Assembly (NCBI GenBank): GCA_014859305.1
Contig: JACUUM010000004.1
Span: forward strand, 58-64,057
Direction of reading: 5' to 3'
Length of the DNA: 64,000 nt
DNA from: Coriobacteriia bacterium
GTDB taxonomy: Bacteria; Actinomycetota; Coriobacteriia; Anaerosomatales; Kmv31
Shown: positions 28,137 through 37,487 of the stretch, piece by piece
Layout of the letters: each line of letters begins with the position of its first letter
Numbering within the stretch: position 1 is the first letter of the stretch
Notes under the pieces: generated by a model
Database searches by the model: none
What the model saw: the letters and a program-made list of their open reading frames with translations, nothing else
Told to the model about the DNA's origin: nothing
Made by a program: the position numbers and the translations under genes

Positions 28137-28786
28137 TCGCGTACGAGCGCCTGATATGGTTCGCGATGCTCATCCCGTCCGTGATCTGCCACGAGGTCGC
28201 GCACGGCTACGTCGCCTACCGTCTGGGGGACCCGACGGCCAAGGCGGCGGGGCGCATAACGCTCAACCCGATCAAGCACGTCGACCCGGTAGGGACGGTG
28301 ATCCTGCCCGCGATACTGGCGTTCTCGGGCGCGCCGATCTTCGGGTGGGCCAAGCCCGTGCCGTTCAACCCGCGCAACCTGCGCGAACCGCGCACCGGCG
28401 AGCTGCTCATCGGCTTCTCGGGTCCGCTCACGAACCTGGCGCTGGCGCTGGCCGGGACGGCGCTCCTGTGGGTCCTGGGCTTCGCGCCGGGCGGTACGGC
28501 CGCCGCGGTGGCGGCCACGCTCGCGTTCTACCTGATCCTCACCAACCTGGTGCTGATGTTCTTCAACCTGCTGCCGATCCCGCCGCTGGACGGCTCGTCG
28601 TTCTTCCCGCTGCTGCTTCCGCCGTCGGCGATGCCGGCGTACCGGGCCTTCGAGCGCCAGAGCTTCCTCATCCTGATGGTGCTGGTGTTCGTGCTGCCCT
28701 CGGTCGCCGGGGTGAGCCCGATCGGGGAGTACTTCCGCTACACGGTCGACCCGATGCTCGGGTTCCTCCTGCGCCTGGCGAGCTAG
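28133..28786 (+). CDS. site-2 protease family (peptidase M50) membrane metalloprotease
   Basis: ATGA overlap. HExxH motif (ICHEVAHGYVA), NLLPIPPLDGS, multiple TM helices. Confidence 0.78.
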   Translation: MIAYERLIWFAMLIPSVICHEVAHGYVAYRLGDPTAKAAGRITLNPIKHVDPVGTVILPAILAFSGAPIFGWAKPVPFNPRNLREPRTGELLIGFSGPLTNLALALAGTALLWVLGFAPGGTAAAVAATLAFYLILTNLVLMFFNLLPIPPLDGSSFFPLLLPPSAMPAYRAFERQSFLILMVLVFVLPSVAGVSPIGEYFRYTVDPMLGFLLRLAS

Positions 28787-28882
28787 CCGGGCCCCGACGC
28801 TGCGGTATCATTACGGGCGACCTCCGGCCGGGGACATCCCTCGGCCTCACGCGGATCCGACGTCTCGACCGGAAGCGGGAAC

Positions 28883-29881
28883 GTGACCAGGAAGCGAATC
28901 CTCACCGGCTACCGCCCCACCGGCCGTCTCACTCTGGGCCACTGGTTCGGCAACCTGACGAGCATGCGGGAGCTGCAGGAGGAGTACGAGGCGTACTACT
29001 TCGTCGCCGACTGGCACGCGCTCACCTCCGATTGGGCCGACACGTCCGGCGTGCGCCGCTTCACCGAGGAGATGGTGCTCGACTGGGTGGCCGCCGGGAT
29101 CGACCCCGCCAAGGCCACGATCTACCGCCAGTCGGACGTGCCCGAGGTGGCCGAGCTCACGCTGTACCTCGCGATGGTCACGCCGATGCCGTGGCTCGAA
29201 CGCGTACCGTCCTACAAGGAGCAGCGCGAGCAGATCACCGACAAGGACCTCGGCAACGTCGGGTTCTTCGTCTACCCGCTGCTGCAGGCCGCCGACATCA
29301 CGATAGTGCGCGGCGACGTCGTGCCCGTGGGCGAGGACCAGCTCCCCCACCTCGAGCTCACGCGCGAGGTGGTGCGCCGATTCAACGGCGTCTACGGCGA
29401 GCTGCTGACCGAGCCGCAGGCCAAGGTCGCCGAGGAGGGCGCGCGCGTGCCGGGCACCGACGGTCGCAAGATGTCCAAGTCCTACGGCAACGCCATCTAC
29501 ATCTCGGAGACCGAGGAGGAGACGGCGTCGAAGGTGATGGGGATGCTCACCGACCCGGCGCGCAAGCTCAAGACCGACCCGGGCGACCCAGACGTCTGCC
29601 CGCTCCAGCAGATCCACAAGCTGGTGGGGGAGCCGGACGTGGTCGCGGAGTTCGACGCGTGCTGCCGTACGGCGGAGTGCGGGTGCGTGGCGCACAAGCG
29701 TGAGCTCGTGGAGGACCTCAACGCGTACCTGCGCCCGTTCCGCACCCGGCGCGACGAGCTCGGGGCGGACCCGTCCTTCGCCTGGGACGTCCTGGCCGAG
29801 GGCGCCTCGCGGGTGCGCCCGGCGGTCGAGGAGCTGATGTCCTCGGTGCGCCGGGCGATGCACGTCGACGCGGACGCGTAG
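28883..29881 (+). CDS. trpS: tryptophan--tRNA ligase
   Basis: Class I motifs: TGYRPTGRLTLGHWFG (HIGH-like) and KMSKS (RKMSKSYGN). Confidence 0.92.
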   Translation: MTRKRILTGYRPTGRLTLGHWFGNLTSMRELQEEYEAYYFVADWHALTSDWADTSGVRRFTEEMVLDWVAAGIDPAKATIYRQSDVPEVAELTLYLAMVTPMPWLERVPSYKEQREQITDKDLGNVGFFVYPLLQAADITIVRGDVVPVGEDQLPHLELTREVVRRFNGVYGELLTEPQAKVAEEGARVPGTDGRKMSKSYGNAIYISETEEETASKVMGMLTDPARKLKTDPGDPDVCPLQQIHKLVGEPDVVAEFDACCRTAECGCVAHKRELVEDLNAYLRPFRTRRDELGADPSFAWDVLAEGASRVRPAVEELMSSVRRAMHVDADA

Positions 29882-29890
29882 GAGCGCCCC

Positions 29891-30634
29891 GTGTCGTACC
29901 GCGTCAGCACCGAGGTCTTCGAAGGGCCGTTCGACCTGCTGCTGCACCTGGTCTCCAAGCAGAAGCTCGACGTCAGCGCGATCTCGATCTCCGACGTCGC
30001 CGACCAGTACCTGGCCTACGTGGACCGGATGCGCGAGCTGGACCTGGACGTGGCGAGCGACTTCCTGCTCGTGGCCGCGACGCTGCTGGAGATCAAGGCG
30101 GCGGGCCTGCTGCCCTCCGAGGAGACCGTCGAGCTGGAGGAGTTCGAGGACCTCTCGCCCGAGGAGGCGCGAGAGCTGCTGATCGCGCGTCTGCTCGCCT
30201 ACAAACAGTTCAAGAACGTGGCGGCCGAGCTCGCGGCGCGCATGGAGTCCACCGCGCGGACGCACCCCCGGCAGGCCGGGCTCGAGGAGCCCTTCCTCGG
30301 GCTCATGCCGGATTTCCTGGAAGGCGTGACCCTGCACGGCCTGGCGGTGGTCTGCGCCGACCTCGAGCACCGGCGACGCACGTTCCTGCTGGAGGCCGAG
30401 CACGTCGCTGCGGCGCCGATAAGCCTGGAGCTGCACGTCGCCGGGGTCGAGCGGGCGCTGAGGGGCCGGCGCGGCCCGACGCGCTTCACGGAGCTGCTGT
30501 CCTCGGCGACTCCCGAGGAGGTCGTGGTGACGCTGCTGGCCGTGCTGGAGCTGTACAAGCGCGGCAGGGCGGACGTCCGGCAGGAGGCGCTCTTCGGCGA
30601 GATCGAGGTCGTGCTCGTGGAGGAGGTGGCGTAG
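29891..30634 (+). CDS. scpA: segregation and condensation protein A
   Basis: FEGPFDLLLHLVSKQKLDVSAISISDVADQYL, and it lies adjacent to scpB. Confidence 0.88.
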   Translation: MSYRVSTEVFEGPFDLLLHLVSKQKLDVSAISISDVADQYLAYVDRMRELDLDVASDFLLVAATLLEIKAAGLLPSEETVELEEFEDLSPEEARELLIARLLAYKQFKNVAAELAARMESTARTHPRQAGLEEPFLGLMPDFLEGVTLHGLAVVCADLEHRRRTFLLEAEHVAAAPISLELHVAGVERALRGRRGPTRFTELLSSATPEEVVVTLLAVLELYKRGRADVRQEALFGEIEVVLVEEVA

Positions 30635-30637
30635 GCG

Positions 30638-31255
30638 GTGACGTTCGAGGAGAACCTGCGCGGCGCCGTGGAGGCGATGCTGTTCGTCTCGGACGAGCCG
30701 GTCTCGGCGTCGCGGATGGCCAAGGTGCTCGAGGCCGACGCGGGGGAGGTGGAGACGACACTGCGCTCGCTGGCCGAGGAGTACCGCGACGCCGAGCGGG
30801 GCTTCCAGTTGCGCGAGGTGGCCGGCGGATGGCGCCTGTACACGCACCCCGCCTACCACGAGGCCGTAGAGAGCTACGTGCTGTCGTGGGACACGAGGCG
30901 GCTCTCGCAAGCGTCCCTCGAGGCGCTCGCCGTGATCGCGTACCACCAGCCCGTGACCCGATCCGGCGTGAACGCGGTGCGCGGGGTGAACTCCGAGGGG
31001 GTGATCTCCTCGCTCGTGGACAAGGGGCTGGTGCGCGAGGTCGGGCGCGACCGCGACGCCGGCAACGCCATACTGTACGCGACGACGCGCGCCTTCCTGG
31101 AGAAGTTCGGTCTGAAGGACCTCACGGAACTGCCTCCGCTGGAGGAGTTCTCCCCGGACCCGGAGACCGAGTCGGCGATCAAGGAGCGCCTCAGCGCCAT
31201 GCGGGGGCCGGCCCTGGAAGCCGAGGACGACGACGAGCTCGCCGAGGTCGACTAG
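30638..31255 (+). CDS. scpB: segregation and condensation protein B
   Basis: VEAMLFVSDEPVS, GFQLREVAGGWRLYT, LAVIAYHQPVTRSGVNAVRGV. Confidence 0.88.
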   Translation: MTFEENLRGAVEAMLFVSDEPVSASRMAKVLEADAGEVETTLRSLAEEYRDAERGFQLREVAGGWRLYTHPAYHEAVESYVLSWDTRRLSQASLEALAVIAYHQPVTRSGVNAVRGVNSEGVISSLVDKGLVREVGRDRDAGNAILYATTRAFLEKFGLKDLTELPPLEEFSPDPETESAIKERLSAMRGPALEAEDDDELAEVD

Positions 31256-31258
31256 GGC

Positions 31259-32053
31259 GTGGGCGGACGCAGGGAGGAACGCGGGCGCGCGGGGGAGACG
31301 CCGGTGACCATGCGGCTGCAGCGCTTCCTGTCGCGCGCGGGGGCCGCTTCCAGGCGGGGCGCCGAGGACCTCATGACCGCGGGCCGCGTGACGGTGAACG
31401 GCGCGGTCGTCACCGAGCTGGGCGCGAAGGTGGACCCGGCGGCGGACACGGTGGCCGTCGACGGACGGCCCGTGGTACTCGGCGAGGGCCCGTACCACTA
31501 CGTGCTCGACAAGCCGGCGGGGTACCTCACGACGATGTCGGACCCCCGCGGGCGACCGACGGTCGCGGAGCTCCTGCCGCGCCTGGCCGACGGGACCGTC
31601 CCGCCGGGTCTGTTCCCCGTCGGGCGGCTGGACAAGGACACCACCGGCCTGCTGCTGCTCACGAGCGACGGGGAGCTCGGGCACCGTTTGGCGCACCCGC
31701 GCTTCCACGTGCCCAAGACGTACCTCGCCGTGGTGCGCGGCGAGCTGCGCGAGCCCGACGCCGAGCGGCTGCGGCGCGGGGTGATGCTGGAGGACGGGCC
31801 GACGCAGCCCGCCGAGGTCCGGCTGCTGCACTCCGGCCCGGACCGCTCGGAGGCGGAGATCACGATCCGGGAGGGACGCAAGCGCCAGGTGAGGCGTATG
31901 CTCGACGCTGTCGGCCATCCGGTGCTGGGACTGCGCCGGACGCGGTTCGGGCCCGTGGAGGCCGGCGGGCTCGGTCCCGGTCAGGCTCGCCCGCTCATGC
32001 CCGAGGAGGTCGCGGCGTTGCGCGAGGCGGCGGGATCGGGAGGGGAGGCGTAG
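31259..32053 (+). CDS. rluB: pseudouridine synthase, RsuA/RluB family
   Basis: S4 domain (MRLQRFLSRAGAASRRGAEDLMTAGRVTVNG) and catalytic GRLDKDTTGLLLLTSDG. The start may be ATG 31310. Confidence 0.85.
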   Translation: MGGRREERGRAGETPVTMRLQRFLSRAGAASRRGAEDLMTAGRVTVNGAVVTELGAKVDPAADTVAVDGRPVVLGEGPYHYVLDKPAGYLTTMSDPRGRPTVAELLPRLADGTVPPGLFPVGRLDKDTTGLLLLTSDGELGHRLAHPRFHVPKTYLAVVRGELREPDAERLRRGVMLEDGPTQPAEVRLLHSGPDRSEAEITIREGRKRQVRRMLDAVGHPVLGLRRTRFGPVEAGGLGPGQARPLMPEEVAALREAAGSGGEA

Positions 32054-32667
32054 TGCTGTACGTGCTCACGGGAGGCGCGCGTTCGGGCAAGTCCTCCGCC
32101 GCCGAGGGGCTGGCCGCCGAGCTCGGAGGCGCCGTCGTCGTCGCCGCGGCGGGGTCGGCCGCGGGCGACGAGGAGATGGCGGCACGGATCGAGGCGCATC
32201 GTGAGGCGCGCCCGAAGGCATGGCGCGTTCGGGAGGTCCGGGACGCGGGCGCCTGGACGCCAGGGGCGCGACCAGGGGAGACGGTCGTGCTGGAGTGCCT
32301 CGGCACGCTGCTGGGCCGGTTGATGGACGAGACGGCGGCGCGCGGGGCGCTCGCCGGCCCGTGGGACGCCGAGGCGCTGCCCGAGGAGTTCGCCGACGAG
32401 GTCGAGGCGCGGATGAACGCGGTCACCGAGGCGTGCGCCGCCGCCGCCGGTTCACGCGACCGCCACCTGGTCGTGGTGACGAACGAGGTGGGTGACGGAG
32501 TCGTGCCGGCGCACGCGTCGGGTCGGCTCTTCCGCGACGTGCTCGGGCGCGCCAACCGGCGGCTGGTCGAGGCGGCGGACGCCGCTTGGTTGGTGGTAGC
32601 CGGGCGTTGCCTGGACCTGAAGAGCCTGCCGGCGGTCGCAGCGCCGACGGCGCGAGAGGAGACGTAG
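32053..32667 (+). CDS. cobU: adenosylcobinamide kinase / adenosylcobinamide-phosphate guanylyltransferase
   Basis: GTG overlaps the rluB TAG by 1 nt. Motifs: P-loop LTGGARSGKSSAAE, VVVTNEVGDGVVP. It heads a cobUTSC cluster. The track ORF start at 30829 is spurious. Confidence 0.8.
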   Translation: MLYVLTGGARSGKSSAAEGLAAELGGAVVVAAAGSAAGDEEMAARIEAHREARPKAWRVREVRDAGAWTPGARPGETVVLECLGTLLGRLMDETAARGALAGPWDAEALPEEFADEVEARMNAVTEACAAAAGSRDRHLVVVTNEVGDGVVPAHASGRLFRDVLGRANRRLVEAADAAWLVVAGRCLDLKSLPAVAAPTAREET

Positions 32668-33741
32668 GTGACGAGGGACCGACGACGAGTGCTGGCCGAG
32701 GCGTGCGCGGCCGTCCGGCCGGCCGACACCGGGGTCGAGGAGTCCGCCTGGGCGCGGCTCGACTCGCTCACCAAGCCCCCGAGGAGCCTCGGCCGGTTGG
32801 AGGAGCTCGCGGCGCGGCTCTCGGCCATCACGGGGAGCGTGCCGCCGGTCCTCGGCGAGAAGGCCGTGCTCGTGGCCGCCGCGGACCACGGCGTGGTCGC
32901 AAGGGGGGTGGCCGCGTACCCGCAGGAGGTCACGCGCCAGATGACCGCGAACTTCGCCGCCGGCGGGGCGGCGATCAACGCGATCGCGCGTAGCGTGGGG
33001 GCTCGTCTGGTCGTCGCCGACGTTGGGGTGCGGGCCGGCGACGTCCCCGAAGGCGTGCGCGACCTGCGGGTCGCCGCCGGCACGCGCGACATGACGGCCG
33101 GCCCCGCGATGAGCGGGGACGAGGCGCTCGCAGCGATCTGCGCCGGGATCGGCCTGGCACGGGAGCTCGTCGACGACGGCGTAGGCGTGCTGGGGCTGGG
33201 CGAGATGGGGATCGGCAACACGACCGCGGCGGCCGCGCTGGTGGCGGCGTTCGCGGGTGCGGGGCCGGAGCACGTGGCGGGGCCGGGGACGGGCTTGGAC
33301 GCCGAGGGAGTGGCCCGCAAGGCCGCGGTGGTGCGCGCCGCGCTGGAGCGCAACGGCGCCGACGGCCGCGACCCGCTGGCGACGCTGGCGGGCGTGGGCG
33401 GCCTGGAGATAGCGACGTTGGCCGGAGCCGCCATCGGCGCCGCCGGACGCGGGTGCGTGACCGTGGCCGATGGCTTCGTCTCGACGGCCGCCGTGGTGGC
33501 CGCCGCGGCGATGTGTCCCGCGCTACGCGAGCGAGTCGTGGCGTCGCACCTCTCGCCGGAGCCCGGTCACGCCGTGGCGCTGCGCTGGCTCGCGCTCGAG
33601 CCGCTGCTGGACCTGCGAATGCGCCTCGGCGAGGGCACCGGGGCGGCACTGGCCATGCCGGCGATCGAGGCCGCCGCGGCCGTCCTGCGCGACATGGCGA
33701 GCTTCGAGGAGGCAGGCGTGTCCGGTGGGGGCGTAGGGTGA
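32668..33741 (+). CDS. cobT: nicotinate-nucleotide--dimethylbenzimidazole phosphoribosyltransferase
   Basis: LTKPPRSLGRLEEL, AADHGV, GEMGIGNTTAAAAL. Confidence 0.9.
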   Translation: MTRDRRRVLAEACAAVRPADTGVEESAWARLDSLTKPPRSLGRLEELAARLSAITGSVPPVLGEKAVLVAAADHGVVARGVAAYPQEVTRQMTANFAAGGAAINAIARSVGARLVVADVGVRAGDVPEGVRDLRVAAGTRDMTAGPAMSGDEALAAICAGIGLARELVDDGVGVLGLGEMGIGNTTAAAALVAAFAGAGPEHVAGPGTGLDAEGVARKAAVVRAALERNGADGRDPLATLAGVGGLEIATLAGAAIGAAGRGCVTVADGFVSTAAVVAAAAMCPALRERVVASHLSPEPGHAVALRWLALEPLLDLRMRLGEGTGAALAMPAIEAAAAVLRDMASFEEAGVSGGGVG

Positions 33742-34487
33742 CCGCGGCCCGAGGAGCGCTCGCCGCGCTGGCGCTGCTGACCCGGGTCCCGGTGCCCCGG
33801 CATCCCGCGCCGGGCCCGGGCGCAGTGGGCTGGTTCGGGCCCGTCGGTCTGCTCCTGGGGTCCTCGGCCGCGCTGCCGGCTTGGCTCGCGCTTCGATGGG
33901 GCTGGCGCGGTCAGGCCTCGATGATCGCCGCGGTGCTCGTCGTGGCGTGGTGGGCGTGGGGCACGCGGATGCTGCACTGGGACGGGCTGGCCGACGCGGC
34001 GGACGCCGCGTGGGGGGCGGCCGATCCGGCATCCCGCCTCGCCGTGATGGCCGACACCCGCACGGGCGCGTTCGGCGCCACCGCCGTGGCACTCGTCGCG
34101 CTCGGACAGGCATCCGCGATCGGTGCGTCGCTGACGGCGGGCCGCGTGTGGCCGCTCGTGCTCGCTCCCGTGCTCGGGCGGAGCGCGGCCTCGCTCCTGG
34201 TCTGGGGGCTTCGCCCGGCGCGCTCCGGGGGGCTCGGCGCCGCGCTCGCCGGCCCCGCGCCCGTCGGAGGCGTGCTCGCCTCGTCGGCCGCCGTCGCCGT
34301 CGCCGTGGCGCTCGTGCGGCTGGAGGAGCCCTCCGCCGCGGCGGCCGCGGCGTTCACGGGGCTGGCCGTCGCGATAGCCGTGCCCTTCGTCGTGGCGCGG
34401 CCGTTCCGGGGATACACCGGCGACGTGCTCGGAGCCTCGGTCCTGCTTGTCGAGACGGCGGCGTTGATGATCGCGGGGATCCTCTAG
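33738..34487 (+). CDS. cobS: adenosylcobinamide-GDP ribazoletransferase (cobalamin synthase)
   Basis: GTGA overlap with cobT. Polytopic, with HWDGLADAADA and DTRTGAFG motifs. Confidence 0.82.
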   Translation: MTAARGALAALALLTRVPVPRHPAPGPGAVGWFGPVGLLLGSSAALPAWLALRWGWRGQASMIAAVLVVAWWAWGTRMLHWDGLADAADAAWGAADPASRLAVMADTRTGAFGATAVALVALGQASAIGASLTAGRVWPLVLAPVLGRSAASLLVWGLRPARSGGLGAALAGPAPVGGVLASSAAVAVAVALVRLEEPSAAAAAAFTGLAVAIAVPFVVARPFRGYTGDVLGASVLLVETAALMIAGIL

Positions 34488-34490
34488 GCG

Positions 34491-35132
34491 ATGGGAGGCG
34501 ACGGGGATACGACGACGCGGCGGGTGCTGATCGCGCGGCATCCCGAGACCGTCGCGAACCGCGAGGGGCGCTACATCGCCGAGGCGGATTCGCCCTACAC
34601 GCCCCGAGGGGCGCGGCAGGCCGCCTCCCTGGCCCGCTGCATCGGGGCCTTCCGCCCCGACGCGGTGCTCGCCTCGCCCGCGCGGCGGGCCTTGGAGCCG
34701 GCGAGCTCAGGCGCGGCCGCGGCGGGCGCACGCCTGTTGGTCGAGGAGCGGCTCCGCGAGGTGGGCTGGGGGGACGCCGAGGGGCTCACCTACGCGGAGG
34801 TGCGGCGCGCCGGCGTACCGATGGACTACCTCGGCGGCCCGGATGCGGGGGAGATCGCCGGCGGCGGCGAGAGCTGGGCCTCGTTCACCCGTCGCATCCG
34901 GGAGGCCGCGGGACTCATCGCGGAGGCGGGGGAGAGGGTCGCCGTCGTCACCCACGGGGGTGTGGTCCGCGCCCTGCTGGTGACCTGGCTCGGGTTGCCG
35001 GCGGAAGCGGCATGGCGCTTCGCGATCCGTCCGGCGTCGGTCACCGTCGTCAAGCTCGCCGACGGGCACGGGGCGCTGGAGGTCTTCGGCATGACGCCCG
35101 GTACGTGCGTCCGCACGCCGGGGAGGGACTGA
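34491..35132 (+). CDS. cobC: histidine phosphatase family protein, probable alpha-ribazole phosphatase
   Basis: RHPET (RHG-type) motif and THGGVVRALL. It is the last gene of the cobUTS cluster. Confidence 0.7.
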   Translation: MGGDGDTTTRRVLIARHPETVANREGRYIAEADSPYTPRGARQAASLARCIGAFRPDAVLASPARRALEPASSGAAAAGARLLVEERLREVGWGDAEGLTYAEVRRAGVPMDYLGGPDAGEIAGGGESWASFTRRIREAAGLIAEAGERVAVVTHGGVVRALLVTWLGLPAEAAWRFAIRPASVTVVKLADGHGALEVFGMTPGTCVRTPGRD

Positions 35133-35253
35133 CCCCCTCGCTCCGCCCGCCTGGGCGTCCCGCCCCTGAGACCGCTTGCCACCGCGCGCCCCCCTGCGGG
35201 AGAATCCTTCGCAACCTCCGGCCGCGGCTCGCGGTGAGCCGTGCGCCGACGGA

Positions 35254-36381
35254 ATGGGAGGCGCCTTGGGAAGCGGAAGCAGCGCGTGGGAGCGGATCGT
35301 GCGCGACGACCTGGCCGGTCTCGTGCCGTACGCGCCCGGCCTGCGTGCGAGCGAGGTGCGGGAGCGCTGCGGCAGGCCGCGAGTGCTGAAGCTGTCCAGC
35401 AACGAGAGCCCGCATCCGCCCTTCCCGGCCGCGCTCCGGGCGATCCGGGCCGTGGCCCCCCGGGTCAACCGCTATCCGGACGGGTCGGCGCGAGCACTCC
35501 GGGGCGCCCTCGCCGAGCGGCTCGGCGTGCCGGCGGAGAACCTCGTCGTCGCCAACGGCAGCAACGAGCTGCTCGTGCTCATCGCGCAGGCCGTCCTTCG
35601 CCCCGGCGACGAGGTCGTGTTCGCCTGGCCCAGCTTCGTCGTCTACCCCATGGCCTGCGAGATGTTCGGCGCGACGGCCGTGCGCGTGCCGCTCGCCGAC
35701 GACACCCACGACGTGGAGGCGATGGCCGGCGCGATCACGGAACGGACGCGCGTCGTGTTCCTGTGCAACCCCAACAACCCGACGGGCACGGTGTACCGCC
35801 GCGAGGCGCTCGAGCGCTTCCTTCGCCGCGCGCCCGAGCACGTGCTGGTCGTGGCCGACGAGGCGTACTTCGAGTACGTGACGGACCCCGGCTACCCCGA
35901 CTCGCTGGCCTTCTTCGACGGGGATCGCCCGCTGGCCGTGCTGCGCACGTTCTCGAAGATGTACTCGCTGGCCGGCTTGCGCGTCGGCTACGGCGCCCTG
36001 CCGGCGCCGCTGGCCGACGCCGTGCACCGCCTGCGCGCCCCGTTCAACGTCAACACCGTCGCCCAGGCGGCGGCGTACCATTCCCTCGGCGACGAGGCCG
36101 AGGTGAGGCGCCGGCGCGCCGAGAACCAGGAGCAGAAGACCTACCTCTATTCGGCCTTCGACCGGCTCGGGGTCTCCTACGCGCCTTCGGAGGCCAACTT
36201 CGTGTACTTCCACACGTCCAGGCCGGCCGAGGTGTTCGAGGCACTCCTCGAGGAGGGCGTCATCGTCAGGGGATTCGGGACCGCGCCCGCGCTGCGCATG
36301 ACCGTGGGCACCCCCGCGGAAACCCTGGATGCCGTCCAGGCCCTCGAGGCGGCCGCGGAGAGGCTGCGCGGGCTGGCCTGA
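35254..36381 (+). CDS. hisC: histidinol-phosphate / aromatic aminotransferase (class II PLP)
   Basis: LSSNESP, RYPDGSA, NPNNPTG, and FSKMYSLAGLRVGY (PLP lysine). It lies between the cob and aro clusters. Confidence 0.78.
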   Translation: MGGALGSGSSAWERIVRDDLAGLVPYAPGLRASEVRERCGRPRVLKLSSNESPHPPFPAALRAIRAVAPRVNRYPDGSARALRGALAERLGVPAENLVVANGSNELLVLIAQAVLRPGDEVVFAWPSFVVYPMACEMFGATAVRVPLADDTHDVEAMAGAITERTRVVFLCNPNNPTGTVYRREALERFLRRAPEHVLVVADEAYFEYVTDPGYPDSLAFFDGDRPLAVLRTFSKMYSLAGLRVGYGALPAPLADAVHRLRAPFNVNTVAQAAAYHSLGDEAEVRRRRAENQEQKTYLYSAFDRLGVSYAPSEANFVYFHTSRPAEVFEALLEEGVIVRGFGTAPALRMTVGTPAETLDAVQALEAAAERLRGLA

Positions 36382-36464
36382 CGGCCGCCACGGACGACCT
36401 CCGCGGGCCGGGGCGGGCCGGGGACCGGCAGTGAGCAGGCGGGCGAAGAGAGGGTGATCGAGCG

Positions 36465-37487
36465 ATGCTCGTGGTGATGAGGGACCGTGCGACCTCCTCG
36501 GAGGTCGAACACGTGGTGGACCTGCTGCGGGAAGCGGGGGCCGAGGCGCACCTGTCGCGCGGCGAGGTCAAGACGATCATCGGCGTCATCGGTGACCGGG
36601 AGACCATCTACAGCCTGGAGCTGGAGGGCCTCCCCGGCGTCGAAGAGGTCGTGCGCGTGCTCAAGCCCTATAAGCTGGTCAGCCGCGACTTCCAGGCGGA
36701 GGACACCGTGGTGGACGTGCGCGGGGCGGTGGTCGGGGGCGGGGCGGTGGCGATGATCGCAGGCCCCTGCTCCGTTGAATCGGCCGAGCAGGTGCTCGCC
36801 GCGGCGCGGGCGGTGAAGGCCGGAGGCGCCACGATGATGCGAGGCGGGGCCTACAAGCCCCGGACGAGCCCGTACGCGTTCCAGGGCATGGGCGTGGAGG
36901 GCCTCAAGCTGCTACGCGAGGCGGCGGACGAGGTCGACCTGCCGGTGGTCACCGAGGTGCTGGACGTGCGCGACACCGACGTGGTGGCCGAGCATGCCGA
37001 CGTGCTCCAGGTCGGAGCGCGCAACATGCAGAACTTCATGATGCTGGACGAGCTCGGACGGACGAGCAAGCCGATCCTTCTGAAGAGGGGCCTGTCGGCC
37101 ACGATAGAGGAGCTGCTCTCCGCCGCCGAGTACGTGCTCAAGGGAGGCAACCGCGACGTGATGCTGTGCGAGCGCGGCATCAGGACGTTCGAGAGCTACA
37201 CGCGCAACACGCTCGACCTCGCGGCCGTGGCCGCGCTGAAGTCGCTGACGCACCTGCCCGTGGTCGCGGACCCCTCCCACGCGACCGGCCGTCGGGACCT
37301 CGTGGCGCCGATGTGCCGCGCTGCGCTCGCCGCGGGAGCGGACGGTCTGATGGTCGAGGTCCACCCCGACCCCGAGCACGCTCGCTGCGACGGCCCGCAG
37401 TCGCTCACCGCGGAGGGGTTCGCCGAGGCGATGGCCTCGCTCGGACCCTACGTCGAGCTCGGGGGCAGGCGGTGGGGGCGGCCGTGA
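36465..37487 (+). CDS. aroF: 3-deoxy-7-phosphoheptulonate synthase (type I-beta) with N-terminal ferredoxin-like regulatory domain
   Basis: N-terminal ~70-aa FL/ACT-like domain, then [36 protein letters not shown]. Confidence 0.88.
   Translation: MLVVMRDRATSSEVEHVVDLLREAGAEAHLSRGEVKTIIGVIGDRETIYSLELEGLPGVEEVVRVLKPYKLVSRDFQAEDTVVDVRGAVVGGGAVAMIAGPCSVESAEQVLAAARAVKAGGATMMRGGAYKPRTSPYAFQGMGVEGLKLLREAADEVDLPVVTEVLDVRDTDVVAEHADVLQVGARNMQNFMMLDELGRTSKPILLKRGLSATIEELLSAAEYVLKGGNRDVMLCERGIRTFESYTRNTLDLAAVAALKSLTHLPVVADPSHATGRRDLVAPMCRAALAAGADGLMVEVHPDPEHARCDGPQSLTAEGFAEAMASLGPYVELGGRRWGRP

Noticed and set aside
28787-28882. T-box leader upstream of trpS
   Set aside because: The spacer is only ~95 nt. 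It has no specifier-loop/T-box (AGGGUGGNACCGCG-like) sequence and no terminator or antiterminator alternative.
28847-31918. Very long minus-strand ORFs: 28847..31918 (1023 aa), 25422..27737 (771 aa), 2316..4448 (710 aa), 41892..43913 (673 aa), 12591..14561 (656 aa), 21199..23166 (655 aa), 62385..63986 (533 aa), 60034..61611 (525 aa) and many others
   Set aside because: All lie antisense to + strand genes with unambiguous family motifs. Their translations are low-complexity (R/P/G/A/H-rich). Stop codons are rare in ~70% GC DNA, so these are artefacts.
35254-36381. CobD (threonine-phosphate decarboxylase) assignment for the aminotransferase after cobC
   Set aside because: The SNESP / RYPDGSA / NPNNPTG / FSKxxxLAGLRVGY motif set and length fit HisC-type aminotransferases better. 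The gene is separated from cobC by ~120 nt and is followed by aroF-tyrA-aroA. CobD cannot be fully excluded without a phylogeny.
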